From an uncultured bacterium (GTDB lineage: Bacteria; SAR324; NAC60-12), in the NCBI GenBank assembly GCA_965662235.1, contig CBFIGY010000006.1:32001-96000 (forward strand): a DNA stretch of 64,000 bases. Reading direction: 5' to 3'. Each line of letters begins with the position of its first letter. Position 1 is the first letter of the stretch. A program made the position numbers and the translations under genes. This document shows positions 40,207-48,714 of the stretch, one piece after another. Under the pieces are notes generated by a model that saw only the letters and a list, made by a program, of their open reading frames with translations, was not told the origin of the DNA and made no database searches.

Positions 40207-40374
40207 ATGCCCATGAACCTGGAATACGTCCTCTTCAGCTACGGCATCTGGGGCATCGCCTTTCTGGTCTATGTGCCCTGGGTGGCGCTGAAGCTGCGGC
40301 GCTACCGCCAAGGGCTGCAGCAGCTTAAGGAGGCTCAGCCCACTGCAACGTCCTCTTCCATGAAGGCTTCATGA
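40207..40374 (+). CDS. ccmD: Heme exporter protein CcmD (not in ORF track)
   Basis: Hand translation, 55 aa: MPMNLEYVLFSYGIWGIAFLVYVPWVALKLRRYRQ...; YV..SY transmembrane helix plus basic tail, between ccmC and ccmE with ATGA overlap. Confidence 0.82.
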   Translation: MPMNLEYVLFSYGIWGIAFLVYVPWVALKLRRYRQGLQQLKEAQPTATSSSMKAS

Positions 40375-40808
40375 AAACACGAACCAAGTTTGTGATTGGT
40401 GGGGCGGCCATCTTGGCTGTCCTGACTCTGCTCTCCGTTCAGGGGTTGCAGGAGATGACCGTCTTCTTCTACACCCCCCAAGAAGTGCTGGCTCAGCCAG
40501 CGGATTTTGAAGAAAAGACCATCCGGATCGGTGCGTTGGTCATGCCCGGCACCTCCGACTGGAATGCCAAAGACATCCAGCTGGCCTTCCGGATCACAGA
40601 AGACTCGCAGCACTCCATTCCTGTGGTGTACCAGGGCGTCAAGCCTGACATGTTCCGGGAAGGGCAGGGCGTGGTGGTGGAAGGGCGGATGCGCTCTGAC
40701 GGGACCTTCCACGCCGATCAGCTGCTGGTCAAGCATAGTGAAGACTACAAGGTGGATCCTAACCACCAAAAGAGCAAAGACGAGTACTACAAGTCCCTGG
40801 CGCAATAA
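40371..40808 (+). CDS. ccmE: Cytochrome c maturation heme chaperone CcmE
   Basis: FFYTP, PDMFREGQGVVVEG and KHSEDY (HxxxY). Confidence 0.96.
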   Translation: MKTRTKFVIGGAAILAVLTLLSVQGLQEMTVFFYTPQEVLAQPADFEEKTIRIGALVMPGTSDWNAKDIQLAFRITEDSQHSIPVVYQGVKPDMFREGQGVVVEGRMRSDGTFHADQLLVKHSEDYKVDPNHQKSKDEYYKSLAQ

Positions 40809-40822
40809 GCGAGCCCCTGGGA

Positions 40823-43054
40823 ATGTGGACCCGCTTCCGATCCGTTCAGGTTCAGCTGCATGAGCTGATCGCTGAAGACCCCCGCATCCGGAACCGCCTC
40901 CTGGCGGTTCTGATGCTCCTTGCCCTCCTCTTCTTCCTCACGACTTTCAGCTTCCGGCAAGGCCTCCCGCTCCAGGATGAGAGCGAGTCTCGGCTGGTGC
41001 TGTTTCTGGCAATCAACGTCAACATTGTTCTGATTGCCATCGTCTTCTACCTCATCGCCAAGAACCTCCTCAAGCTGGCCTACGAGCGTCGGCAGCGGGC
41101 GTTGGGGGTGAACCTGAAGACCAAGCTGATCCTCTCCTTCATTGTGCTGTCTCTGCCAGCGCTGGGCTTTCACCTCTTTGCTAGCACCTTTGTGGTCTCT
41201 ACGTTGGAGACCTGGATTGTTGATCAGCACCGCAGCGTGGTCCGGAGCGCCCAGCAGGTTTCAGAGGTCTACCACCAGAACCTGCGGACCACGCTGGAGC
41301 TGCAAGCCCGCCTCCTGGAGCAAAACCTCCGGGAGCACCGGGCATCCGGAGGGCAGTGGAACACCTGGCGTCCCGATGCGCAGCTGGGGGCCGGGGTGAT
41401 TCTCTACGACCAAGACCGCGTCATCCTGCAGCGCTCGCTCCGGACCGAGGTGGCTCAGGACTCGTGGCGCCCGCTTTCCGGAGCCGAATGGTTGCAGGTG
41501 GAAGAACAGCAGACCTCGTGGCTCACGGAAGCCGGGGAGCAGCGTCTGATGTACCGGCACCTCCGGGCCGTTGAGACCCCGGAAGGGCGTGTGTGGCTGG
41601 AGGTCTTCCAGCCATCGGCTCGGCCGGCCTCTCAGGCGATCAACATGATCATCCAGCAGCAGCACACCAGTGAGTTCCTGACCGCCTCGGAAGACCTCAT
41701 TCGACGCTACTACATTGTGGTCTTTTTGCTGATGATGTCCTTCATCATCTTTGTGGCCACCTGGCTCGCCTTCTACCTCGCCCGCGGGTTTGTGGAGCCG
41801 ATTGAGGAGCTTGCTCAGGCCACCGAACGGGTCGCTAGCGGTGAATTGGGGTATCAGGTGCAACTGGAAATGTCACTGGACCGCGACTTTGCCCTGCTGA
41901 TCAGCTCCTTCAATGCCATGAGCCTGGACCTGCAGGAAAGCCGCTTGGCTCTGGAACAGACCACAGAAAACCTGCAACAGAGCAACCGGGTTCTCGAGGA
42001 GCATACCCGGTTTGTGGAGCTGGTTCTGGAAAACATCAGCACCGGAGTGGTCTCCCTTGACCTTCAGGGACGCATCGAAGGCGCCAACCGCGCCGCCAAA
42101 CAGCTGTTGCAGTTCCGAGGCGCGGATCCGCACAATCAGTACTTCCGGGAGGCGCTGGAGAAGGAATCGCTGGACGCACTGGAGGGCATGCTCGAGGAAA
42201 TGCGGACCGGCGGGACCGTTGTTTCCCGGAACCTAACCATCACTAAAGAGGCTCCCATCCACGTCGTAGTTGCGTTGCTGCCGCTGGAGAATCGCAAACG
42301 TGAAGCCGTTGGCACCGTGCTGGTCTGCAACAACATCACCGAAATTCAGCGCCTGCAGCGTGCTCAGGCCTGGCGGGAGGTTGCTCGACGCATTGCCCAT
42401 GAAATCAAAAATCCACTGACGCCGATTCAGCTCTCCGCCGAGCGGATCCTCCGCAAGTACGCTCCTCAGGTTGCGGACGACACAACCCTCCGTCAAGCGA
42501 CTCAGACAATTGTCCGGGAGGTGGAGCGTCTCAAGCAAATGGTGGCCGAGTTCTCTCAGTTTGCCCGCATTCCAGAATCGAACCCCCAGCCGGGTGACTT
42601 CAACGAACTCCTCCGCGAGGTGGAATCCCTCTACGCGGAAAACCTCCCCGGACGGATGGCCCTCCGGGTTGAGCTCGACACGACTCTGCCGAATTTTCCA
42701 TTTGATCATGAGCAGATGCGGCGAGCCCTCATCAATCTGGTCGATAATGCCATTGATGCCATTGAGAAAAAAGGACGCCTGTCGCGCCTGTTCCGTCAAG
42801 GAGAGATTGTCCTGCGGTCCCGGTTTGATGCGCCGTTACGGATTGCTCACATTGAAGTGGAAGACAATGGCGCCGGCATTGAGCCGGAGGTGGCCGATCG
42901 CCTCTTTGACCCCTATGCGACCACCAAGCCCGACGGCACCGGACTGGGTCTGACCATCTTGAACCAGACCGTCTCTGACCATAACGGTTTTGTCCGCTTC
43001 CGGAACCGTGAACCCAGCGGAGCCCTGTTCATCATTGAGCTGCCCACCACCTGA
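40823..43054 (+). CDS. NtrY-like membrane sensor histidine kinase (HAMP-PAS-HisKA-HATPase)
   Basis: AWREVARRIAHEIKNPLTPIQLSAER H-box typical of NtrY; NLVDNA, DNGAG and GTGLGL. Confidence 0.92.
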   Translation: MWTRFRSVQVQLHELIAEDPRIRNRLLAVLMLLALLFFLTTFSFRQGLPLQDESESRLVLFLAINVNIVLIAIVFYLIAKNLLKLAYERRQRALGVNLKTKLILSFIVLSLPALGFHLFASTFVVSTLETWIVDQHRSVVRSAQQVSEVYHQNLRTTLELQARLLEQNLREHRASGGQWNTWRPDAQLGAGVILYDQDRVILQRSLRTEVAQDSWRPLSGAEWLQVEEQQTSWLTEAGEQRLMYRHLRAVETPEGRVWLEVFQPSARPASQAINMIIQQQHTSEFLTASEDLIRRYYIVVFLLMMSFIIFVATWLAFYLARGFVEPIEELAQATERVASGELGYQVQLEMSLDRDFALLISSFNAMSLDLQESRLALEQTTENLQQSNRVLEEHTRFVELVLENISTGVVSLDLQGRIEGANRAAKQLLQFRGADPHNQYFREALEKESLDALEGMLEEMRTGGTVVSRNLTITKEAPIHVVVALLPLENRKREAVGTVLVCNNITEIQRLQRAQAWREVARRIAHEIKNPLTPIQLSAERILRKYAPQVADDTTLRQATQTIVREVERLKQMVAEFSQFARIPESNPQPGDFNELLREVESLYAENLPGRMALRVELDTTLPNFPFDHEQMRRALINLVDNAIDAIEKKGRLSRLFRQGEIVLRSRFDAPLRIAHIEVEDNGAGIEPEVADRLFDPYATTKPDGTGLGLTILNQTVSDHNGFVRFRNREPSGALFIIELPTT

Positions 43055-43642
43055 TCAGGGGCGAGTCGTGGTGCTTGCGGGCGGTTTGGGGTTGCCAGAG
43101 GCCCCCACCTCGTATCCTTCTGCTTCCTCCACCCACCAGCGTTCCAAGTAGAAGTGATCCTGCGCCCGCATGGGAGCAAACTCAAAGACACGCTGGTGCC
43201 CCGGATTTACCCAAGCCTGCTCCTTGAGCGGGCTGGACGTCAGTCGGAGGGTCCGGTACTCCATGGTCTTGGGGTCCCACGACAGAAACCCGAGCACCAC
43301 ACGAGCCAGGGCCCACGTTTCGGCACCATTGGTCAGCCACACCTGCAGGGTCTCTCCACGCAGCTCGCCCAAGGAACCACCAATCTTTTGAGCCGCTTCC
43401 GGAGGCAGCTTCTGGTAGCGTTTACGGGTTTCCAAGGGCGAGCGTTTGGGGTCCGGGTACTTCCGCTCGCACGCCTCAATGATCGCGCTGGCTGCCAAGT
43501 CACTCTGCACCCCCTTGAGGTTCTGGAGCAAGCAATCGTCATAAGTCTGGGTTTGCTGTCCGAGCAAGGCCGGCAGCTGAAGCAGGGCTTCCTGGGCGGG
43601 AGCCACCGTGGGAAAAAGGAGAAGGAGAATCAACAGGCGCAT
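43055..43642 (-). CDS. Exported hypothetical protein with YDDCLL...AC.RKYP cysteine motif
   Basis: Signal peptide plus a two-cysteine helical hairpin motif. Confidence 0.65.
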   Translation of the reverse strand: MRLLILLLLFPTVAPAQEALLQLPALLGQQTQTYDDCLLQNLKGVQSDLAASAIIEACERKYPDPKRSPLETRKRYQKLPPEAAQKIGGSLGELRGETLQVWLTNGAETWALARVVLGFLSWDPKTMEYRTLRLTSSPLKEQAWVNPGHQRVFEFAPMRAQDHFYLERWWVEEAEGYEVGASGNPKPPASTTTRP

Positions 43643-43715
43643 GAGTGAATTGGGGATTGGGGTTGCGTTCTAAGGTGCATCCTCGATAATCTAACACAAG
43701 CTTTGCCAAACCTCA

Positions 43716-44462
43716 GTGCTCTCAACCATGACGGTCGCTCCTGAAACTCACTCTCTTTTCTGGCTTCAGTGTCCGGCATGCAAGTCGGAGCAGATCCTCC
43801 TGCAGGCTGGTTTGGGACAAACGGGGGAGCACTTTGTTCGGACCCACTGTACGGCCTGCCACGAACAGGGATTTTTCCAGATTGAAGAAGTCCCCATTGC
43901 CGAAAACCAGGTCCTGATTCCAGAGGTCCTGGAAGTGGTGCAGCGGGAGTGGGGCGAGTGGTATGCCCTCAAGCAGCGCTACCTGCGCCCGTCCGGCGTC
44001 CGGCGCCCGGTGTCTCCTTGGCAGACGCGAGGGCTGTTGCTGCTCCTAGCGACCCTGACCCTGTTTTTCCTCACCCAGCAGCTCTATCAGGTGTGGGGGG
44101 TGGGAGAAGACCTGGTCCAGCGGCAACACGTCATTGAGGACTACCGGGCCCAGCTGGCTTCCACTCAGTGCCTCTCTTCCAGCATGGAGGCCAAGCTCCG
44201 GACGGTTCCCATTCATTATGTTAAGGAGCGCCCGTTTCACCGCAATTTCATCCAGTATGGTGAGGCTGGCGTTTACTGGGGCGAGGAGGCCATCAAGGTC
44301 TTTCGCTCGAACTTCTGGTTCTGGGGCGCCCCCCGCAGCAGCGTCTTGATTGAGACGCTGGTCCATGAAGTCCGGCACCGGGTCAGTCCGGGGCTGGGAC
44401 ACAACGTCCTCTTCCAGGAACTGGTGGCCCGAGACACACACTGCGCTCTCAGTCGCTGGTAA
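43716..44462 (+). CDS. Hypothetical membrane protein: Zn ribbon, transmembrane helix and HExxH zincin-like domain
   Basis: CPAC...CTAC, a hydrophobic helix, and LVHEVRH....GH. Confidence 0.65.
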   Translation: MLSTMTVAPETHSLFWLQCPACKSEQILLQAGLGQTGEHFVRTHCTACHEQGFFQIEEVPIAENQVLIPEVLEVVQREWGEWYALKQRYLRPSGVRRPVSPWQTRGLLLLLATLTLFFLTQQLYQVWGVGEDLVQRQHVIEDYRAQLASTQCLSSSMEAKLRTVPIHYVKERPFHRNFIQYGEAGVYWGEEAIKVFRSNFWFWGAPRSSVLIETLVHEVRHRVSPGLGHNVLFQELVARDTHCALSRW

Positions 44463-44486
44463 CCCTGTTCACTTTAGCCAATTGGG

Positions 44487-44684
44487 ATGATGACACGCAC
44501 ACGAGTCCTGCTGGGACTGCTGCTCTTTGCGACCACCGCCTGCTCCACGAATCCCACCTTCTGGGCTCACCGAAAGAGCGAGTATGGCTACAAGAGTGCG
44601 GCGTTTGAGGAATGCGGAACCGAGTACCGCGTGAAGGAGTACCGGGAGGAGGAGGTGCTGATTGAGTGCCTGCCCCCGCGCTGA
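44487..44684 (+). CDS. Small putative lipoprotein
   Basis: Basic N-terminus, hydrophobic core, TTAC lipobox-like site and two further cysteines. Confidence 0.6.
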   Translation: MMTRTRVLLGLLLFATTACSTNPTFWAHRKSEYGYKSAAFEECGTEYRVKEYREEEVLIECLPPR

Positions 44685-45008
44685 TCAGGCGGCAGAGAGG
44701 GAGTGAAACAGTTCCAGCTGCTCTGTTCCATCCGGAGGAAGGAAGGCGAAGCGGGACTGCTCCGTGCTGGGACGCTGCAGGCGTTCGTAGCCCTGCTTGA
44801 GCCGGTTCCGGTGCAGCTCAAGGACCTTGCGCAAGGCGACCTCGCGCTCGGTAAACCACAGGCTCCGGGATCGTCCCCGGGCGCCCAAGGCCCCCCAGCG
44901 AAGTCGAACCAGCCAGCACAGCCGCCCCTGCTCCGGAATCGACTCCTGCCAGCTGATGCGATAGAACCGCGCGCTCCCGGGAGCCCGCAGTTCATAGTAA
45001 AGGTGCAT
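44685..45008 (-). CDS. Standalone WGR-domain protein
   Basis: RFYRISW...LVRLRWGALGARG...RLKQGY pattern; GGAAGG Shine-Dalgarno. Confidence 0.75.
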   Translation of the reverse strand: MHLYYELRAPGSARFYRISWQESIPEQGRLCWLVRLRWGALGARGRSRSLWFTEREVALRKVLELHRNRLKQGYERLQRPSTEQSRFAFLPPDGTEQLELFHSLSAA

Positions 45009-45017
45009 GACGCCTTC

Positions 45018-45113
45018 CTAGCCGCGGATGTCCATGAACGTGAAGTACATCACAGGCAACACCCACAGTATGTGAACTCCGGCGAAAATCATCGCCATGA
45101 TCTGTCCATCCAT
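45018..45113 (-). CDS. 31-aa hydrophobic peptide (not in ORF track)
   Basis: Hand translation MDGQIMAMIFAGVHILWVLPVMYFTFMDIRG*; GAGGAG Shine-Dalgarno 5 nt upstream. Confidence 0.55.
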   Translation of the reverse strand: MDGQIMAMIFAGVHILWVLPVMYFTFMDIRG

Positions 45114-45138
45114 GTTAGCTCCTCAGAGAGAACAAACG

Positions 45139-45492
45139 TTATTTGAAAAATGAGGGCAGTATCTGCGGCTGCGGGCGGTTGTCTTCCGGGTAGATGGAAT
45201 GGCTCGGCAGCTTGGGAGACTGAGGGGGTACATACTTCGCTTGAGGCGGCTTCGGCTTGTTGATGATCGACTGGTACACCGCTAAGTCCCGGACCTGACG
45301 GGAAAACTGGGAACCGTTGTCCTGAGGTCGCGGATTCGCCTGGTACACGGTCTCCTGTGCAGTCAGAAGCGCACCGTTGACCAAAGCCAGGGTTGCCACT
45401 CCACCAACAATCCACCTCCACTTCAATGCGTTCACCCGTTTCGGTACGTTAACGTTCTTGGAAAAAATCCGCCTTGCGGCTCGGGCGTGCAT
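45139..45492 (-). CDS. Hypothetical protein with N-terminal transmembrane/signal and Pro-rich tail
   Basis: Open frame with a hydrophobic segment; true start probably downstream of 45492. Confidence 0.5.
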   Translation of the reverse strand: MHARAARRIFSKNVNVPKRVNALKWRWIVGGVATLALVNGALLTAQETVYQANPRPQDNGSQFSRQVRDLAVYQSIINKPKPPQAKYVPPQSPKLPSHSIYPEDNRPQPQILPSFFK

Positions 45493-45544
45493 TGCCTAAA
45501 ATTTCGAGCCATTTAAGAGCAATTATCGAAGAACTGCAAGCCCG

Positions 45545-46888
45545 ATGCCTTTACCCACATCCTCACCCATTGCTGTCGTTGGAGCCGGACTCGCTGGCTC
45601 CGAAGCCACCTGGCAGATGGCCCAAGCCGGTCTCCAGGTGGACCTGTATGAAATGCGTCCTCACCGCATGACACCGGCCCACAAGACCTCCGGATGCGCG
45701 GAGCTCGTCTGCAGCAACTCCTTCAAGAGCCGTTCGGTGGAAAACGCCCACGGCCTCCTGAAGGCAGAACTGGCATTGCACGACTCCCTCATCCTTGAGG
45801 CGGGCGAGCGTTTTTCTGTCCCTGCAGGGCAGGCCCTTGCAATTGACCGGGAGCCCTTCTCCCAGTACGTCACCGAGCAACTGGAGGCGCACCCGAAGGT
45901 CACCCTCCGTCGCGAAGAAGTCCAGGATCTCTCTGTGTTGCTGGATGCTTACGCCTGTGTCTTGCTGGCCACGGGTCCTTTGACTTCGGACGCACTGGCA
46001 CAGTCTCTTGCCTCGCTTCTTGGCACCGAGACCCTCTCCTTTTACGACGCCATTGCCCCCGTCGTTTTGGCCGATTCGGTGGACACGACCATCGCTTTCC
46101 GGGCCTCCCGCTATGGAAAAGGGGACGCAGACTACCTGAACTGCCCCATGGATCAGGAGCAGTACCACCGCTTCATCACCGCTGTTCAGGAAGCCGACAA
46201 GGTTCCCATGCATCAGTTTGAGGACACCCGTCCCTTTGAGGGGTGCCTCCCCATTGAGGTCATGGTGGAACGGGGAGTCGAGACGCTTCGCTTTGGCCCC
46301 ATGAAGCCGGTGGGATTGGAACATCCTGAAACCGGCAAATCCTTCCACGCCGTGGTGCAGCTTCGGCAAGAAAATGCGGTGGGCTCCCTCTACAACCTAG
46401 TTGGGTTTCAGACCAAAATGACCTGGACTGCTCAGGAGAAAGTCTTCCGCCTGATTCCGGGACTGGAGCAGGCCGAATTTGTCCGCCTAGGCTCCATCCA
46501 CCGGAACACCTTCATCTGCAGCCCAGAGCTGCTCACCCCGCGTCTGCATCTGAAAAAAGAGCCTCGTCTTTTTTTCGCCGGACAAATTACGGGCGTCGAA
46601 GGTTACATGGAATCGACGACCACTGGGGCGTTGGCGGCGCGGCAGATCATCGCCCGTCTGACGGAACAAGAGGAGTTGCCTCCGCCCCCCACGACCATGA
46701 GCGGTGCCCTCATCCGCTACATCACAGAAGCGGCGCCCGAAACCTTCCAGCCCATGAACGCCAACTTTGGCCTGCTTGATCCCCCGGAGCGCAAGGTCCC
46801 CAAACGCCTGCGTAAGGCCTTTTACGCGGAACGCGCCCTCAGTACGGCTCGTCAGCACTGGAACCTCTCTGAATCCCTCTCTACCTGA
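45545..46888 (+). CDS. trmFO: Folate/FAD-dependent tRNA m5U54 methyltransferase TrmFO
   Basis: GAGLAGSEA, ELVCSNS, FEGCLPIE, FGPMKPVGL, AGQITGVEGY and QPMNANFG. Confidence 0.97.
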   Translation: MPLPTSSPIAVVGAGLAGSEATWQMAQAGLQVDLYEMRPHRMTPAHKTSGCAELVCSNSFKSRSVENAHGLLKAELALHDSLILEAGERFSVPAGQALAIDREPFSQYVTEQLEAHPKVTLRREEVQDLSVLLDAYACVLLATGPLTSDALAQSLASLLGTETLSFYDAIAPVVLADSVDTTIAFRASRYGKGDADYLNCPMDQEQYHRFITAVQEADKVPMHQFEDTRPFEGCLPIEVMVERGVETLRFGPMKPVGLEHPETGKSFHAVVQLRQENAVGSLYNLVGFQTKMTWTAQEKVFRLIPGLEQAEFVRLGSIHRNTFICSPELLTPRLHLKKEPRLFFAGQITGVEGYMESTTTGALAARQIIARLTEQEELPPPPTTMSGALIRYITEAAPETFQPMNANFGLLDPPERKVPKRLRKAFYAERALSTARQHWNLSESLST

Positions 46889-46891
46889 ATC

Positions 46892-47725
46892 GTGAGCACT
46901 CCTTTCCTCAGAGGCGTTGGCCTCGGGCTAGTGCTTCTGCTCTTCCTCTGCAGCCTGGTCTCTGCCCAAGAGATTGGAACGCTGGAGTTGGTTCAGGGCA
47001 GCGTGCGGCTCAAACGAACCAGTCATTCGGAAATTCTAAAAGAGCCTGGAACCGTCAAAAACCTCTTCCGGAGTGACACCCTGCAGACGGGTCCTGAGAC
47101 CGTGGTCCGGGTGGAACTCAACGATAAGGAAGATGAAGTGGAACTGCGTTCCAACTCCTACCTGGAACTGTCGGACATTGCCCCAGCGACCACGACCGTC
47201 AAGCTGCTGACGGGCAAAGCGGGCTTCAAGGTTTCTCGACTCGGACGCATTGAAGGGCAGCGCAACTTCCGGGTCCGCACCGTTCACGCGGTGGTTGGCG
47301 TTCGGGGAACCGAGTTTGTGATGGGCGTCTCTGGAACGCAAACCAGCGTCCTCACTTTGGATGGACTGGTGGGGCTGGCGAGCATCGAAGCTCCGGAAGT
47401 GGTTGTTGACGTGAGTCCTGGAACCGCGTCCACGGTTCAGGTGGGGTATGGCGCAACGCCTCCGGTCCCTGTTGCTCCCGAAGCTCAGGGGGAAATCCTC
47501 CGATCGGAATCACCGGAGGTCTTTCAGGCCACGGTTCCGTTTGGACCGCCGCCGCCGCTGGGAACGCCGCCGCCTTCCGAGCGTCCTCAAGAGGGCGCTG
47601 CTGAACCTCCACCGGGACCGCCCCCCCTGGACGATCGCCTCCTCGATGGTGTCAAGGACGCCGTTGATCGGATTCCTGCACCGAGCTCAGGCGGTGGGGT
47701 GCGTTTCAAACTGGAGGTCCAATGA
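46892..47725 (+). CDS. Exported FecR-domain protein with Pro-rich tail
   Basis: Signal peptide, DTLQTG, and FRVRT..AVVGVRGTEF. Confidence 0.85.
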   Translation: MSTPFLRGVGLGLVLLLFLCSLVSAQEIGTLELVQGSVRLKRTSHSEILKEPGTVKNLFRSDTLQTGPETVVRVELNDKEDEVELRSNSYLELSDIAPATTTVKLLTGKAGFKVSRLGRIEGQRNFRVRTVHAVVGVRGTEFVMGVSGTQTSVLTLDGLVGLASIEAPEVVVDVSPGTASTVQVGYGATPPVPVAPEAQGEILRSESPEVFQATVPFGPPPPLGTPPPSERPQEGAAEPPPGPPPLDDRLLDGVKDAVDRIPAPSSGGGVRFKLEVQ

Positions 47726-48711
47726 ACCTCGTGTCACGGATGCTCCTGCTGGGAAGCTTCTTGGTACTCGGCCTTACCGGATGCGGAGGGCCTGAGGATT
47801 CCGGAGACCTGAAGACCGTTGCGGTCACAGCACAACTGACGTCCCCCGCGCAACTGACTCCTGTAGGGGCAGTCCGGACCAACCAGAAGTCCCTGTTTGC
47901 TGATGACGTTCAGGCCGCTTTCGCGATAGCCATTACCGAGCAAACCGAGCTTTCCAGTATTGGTCCCAATTCGCCCGTCCAAGCGTCTGGACCTGTTGCC
48001 GCGGACAATACGGTAACCCTGTCGGTGCCCATCAACACCTCGCTGCGTTTGGTCGTCGGAGGCTTTGCGGAGCCTGTCCAGACCCTGGAAGAGGCCCTAA
48101 GTAATAGCCCTGTTGCGGTGTACACCTCCAGCATCTTCCAGGTGGGAGCCAGCACCAAGGAGCTCACCCTGCTCCTGACGCAGGTCCCTGCCTCCACGAC
48201 AGAGGACATAAACGACAATACCTCGACACCCATTACGGACAATCTGACAGACAACGTTTCCCTGCAGGCAGCGTTTTACCTTGAGGGCTGTTCCGAGCTT
48301 GGCTTGGACCTGATTGCGTCGGACAACACGACTCCGGCGTCCGATTTTCAATTCCCCATCATTTTTTCTGAGTCCATGGACAACACGACGATTCGTCCCA
48401 GTTCAGATTGCACACAGGACGCGGTGCAGCTGCTGCAGAGCGACTCTTGCCTTTCCTTCAATCCCGAATTCATCTCCGTGCCGCTTCCTCAAGAAGTTAA
48501 GGCGCTGTTGCCTTTTATCCCTCCGGACAATCAGAGTGCCTTTATCTACACCATGAACACCCTGAGCCCCGGAAACTACACGGTCCACATCAACACCCAG
48601 GCGAAAAGCATCTTTGGCCGGACCCTGAGCGAGTCCCAAGCTTGGCCGGTTACCTTGGTTGCCGATAATGGCTCCGATGCGGGCTGTCGTTACTTTTCCT
48701 TCCAACCCTGA
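47722..48711 (+). CDS. Hypothetical lipoprotein rich in D-N-x-S/T
   Basis: LTGC lipobox; Ser/Thr-rich, with a beta-rich appearance. Confidence 0.75.
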   Translation: MNLVSRMLLLGSFLVLGLTGCGGPEDSGDLKTVAVTAQLTSPAQLTPVGAVRTNQKSLFADDVQAAFAIAITEQTELSSIGPNSPVQASGPVAADNTVTLSVPINTSLRLVVGGFAEPVQTLEEALSNSPVAVYTSSIFQVGASTKELTLLLTQVPASTTEDINDNTSTPITDNLTDNVSLQAAFYLEGCSELGLDLIASDNTTPASDFQFPIIFSESMDNTTIRPSSDCTQDAVQLLQSDSCLSFNPEFISVPLPQEVKALLPFIPPDNQSAFIYTMNTLSPGNYTVHINTQAKSIFGRTLSESQAWPVTLVADNGSDAGCRYFSFQP

Positions 48712-48714
48712 CTC

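Noticed and set aside
45130..45141. GAAC-AAAC-GTTA as a Gram-positive-type LexA box before the WGR gene
   Set aside because: It has one mismatch, overlaps a stop codon, and I saw no matching box before ruvB; too weak to call.
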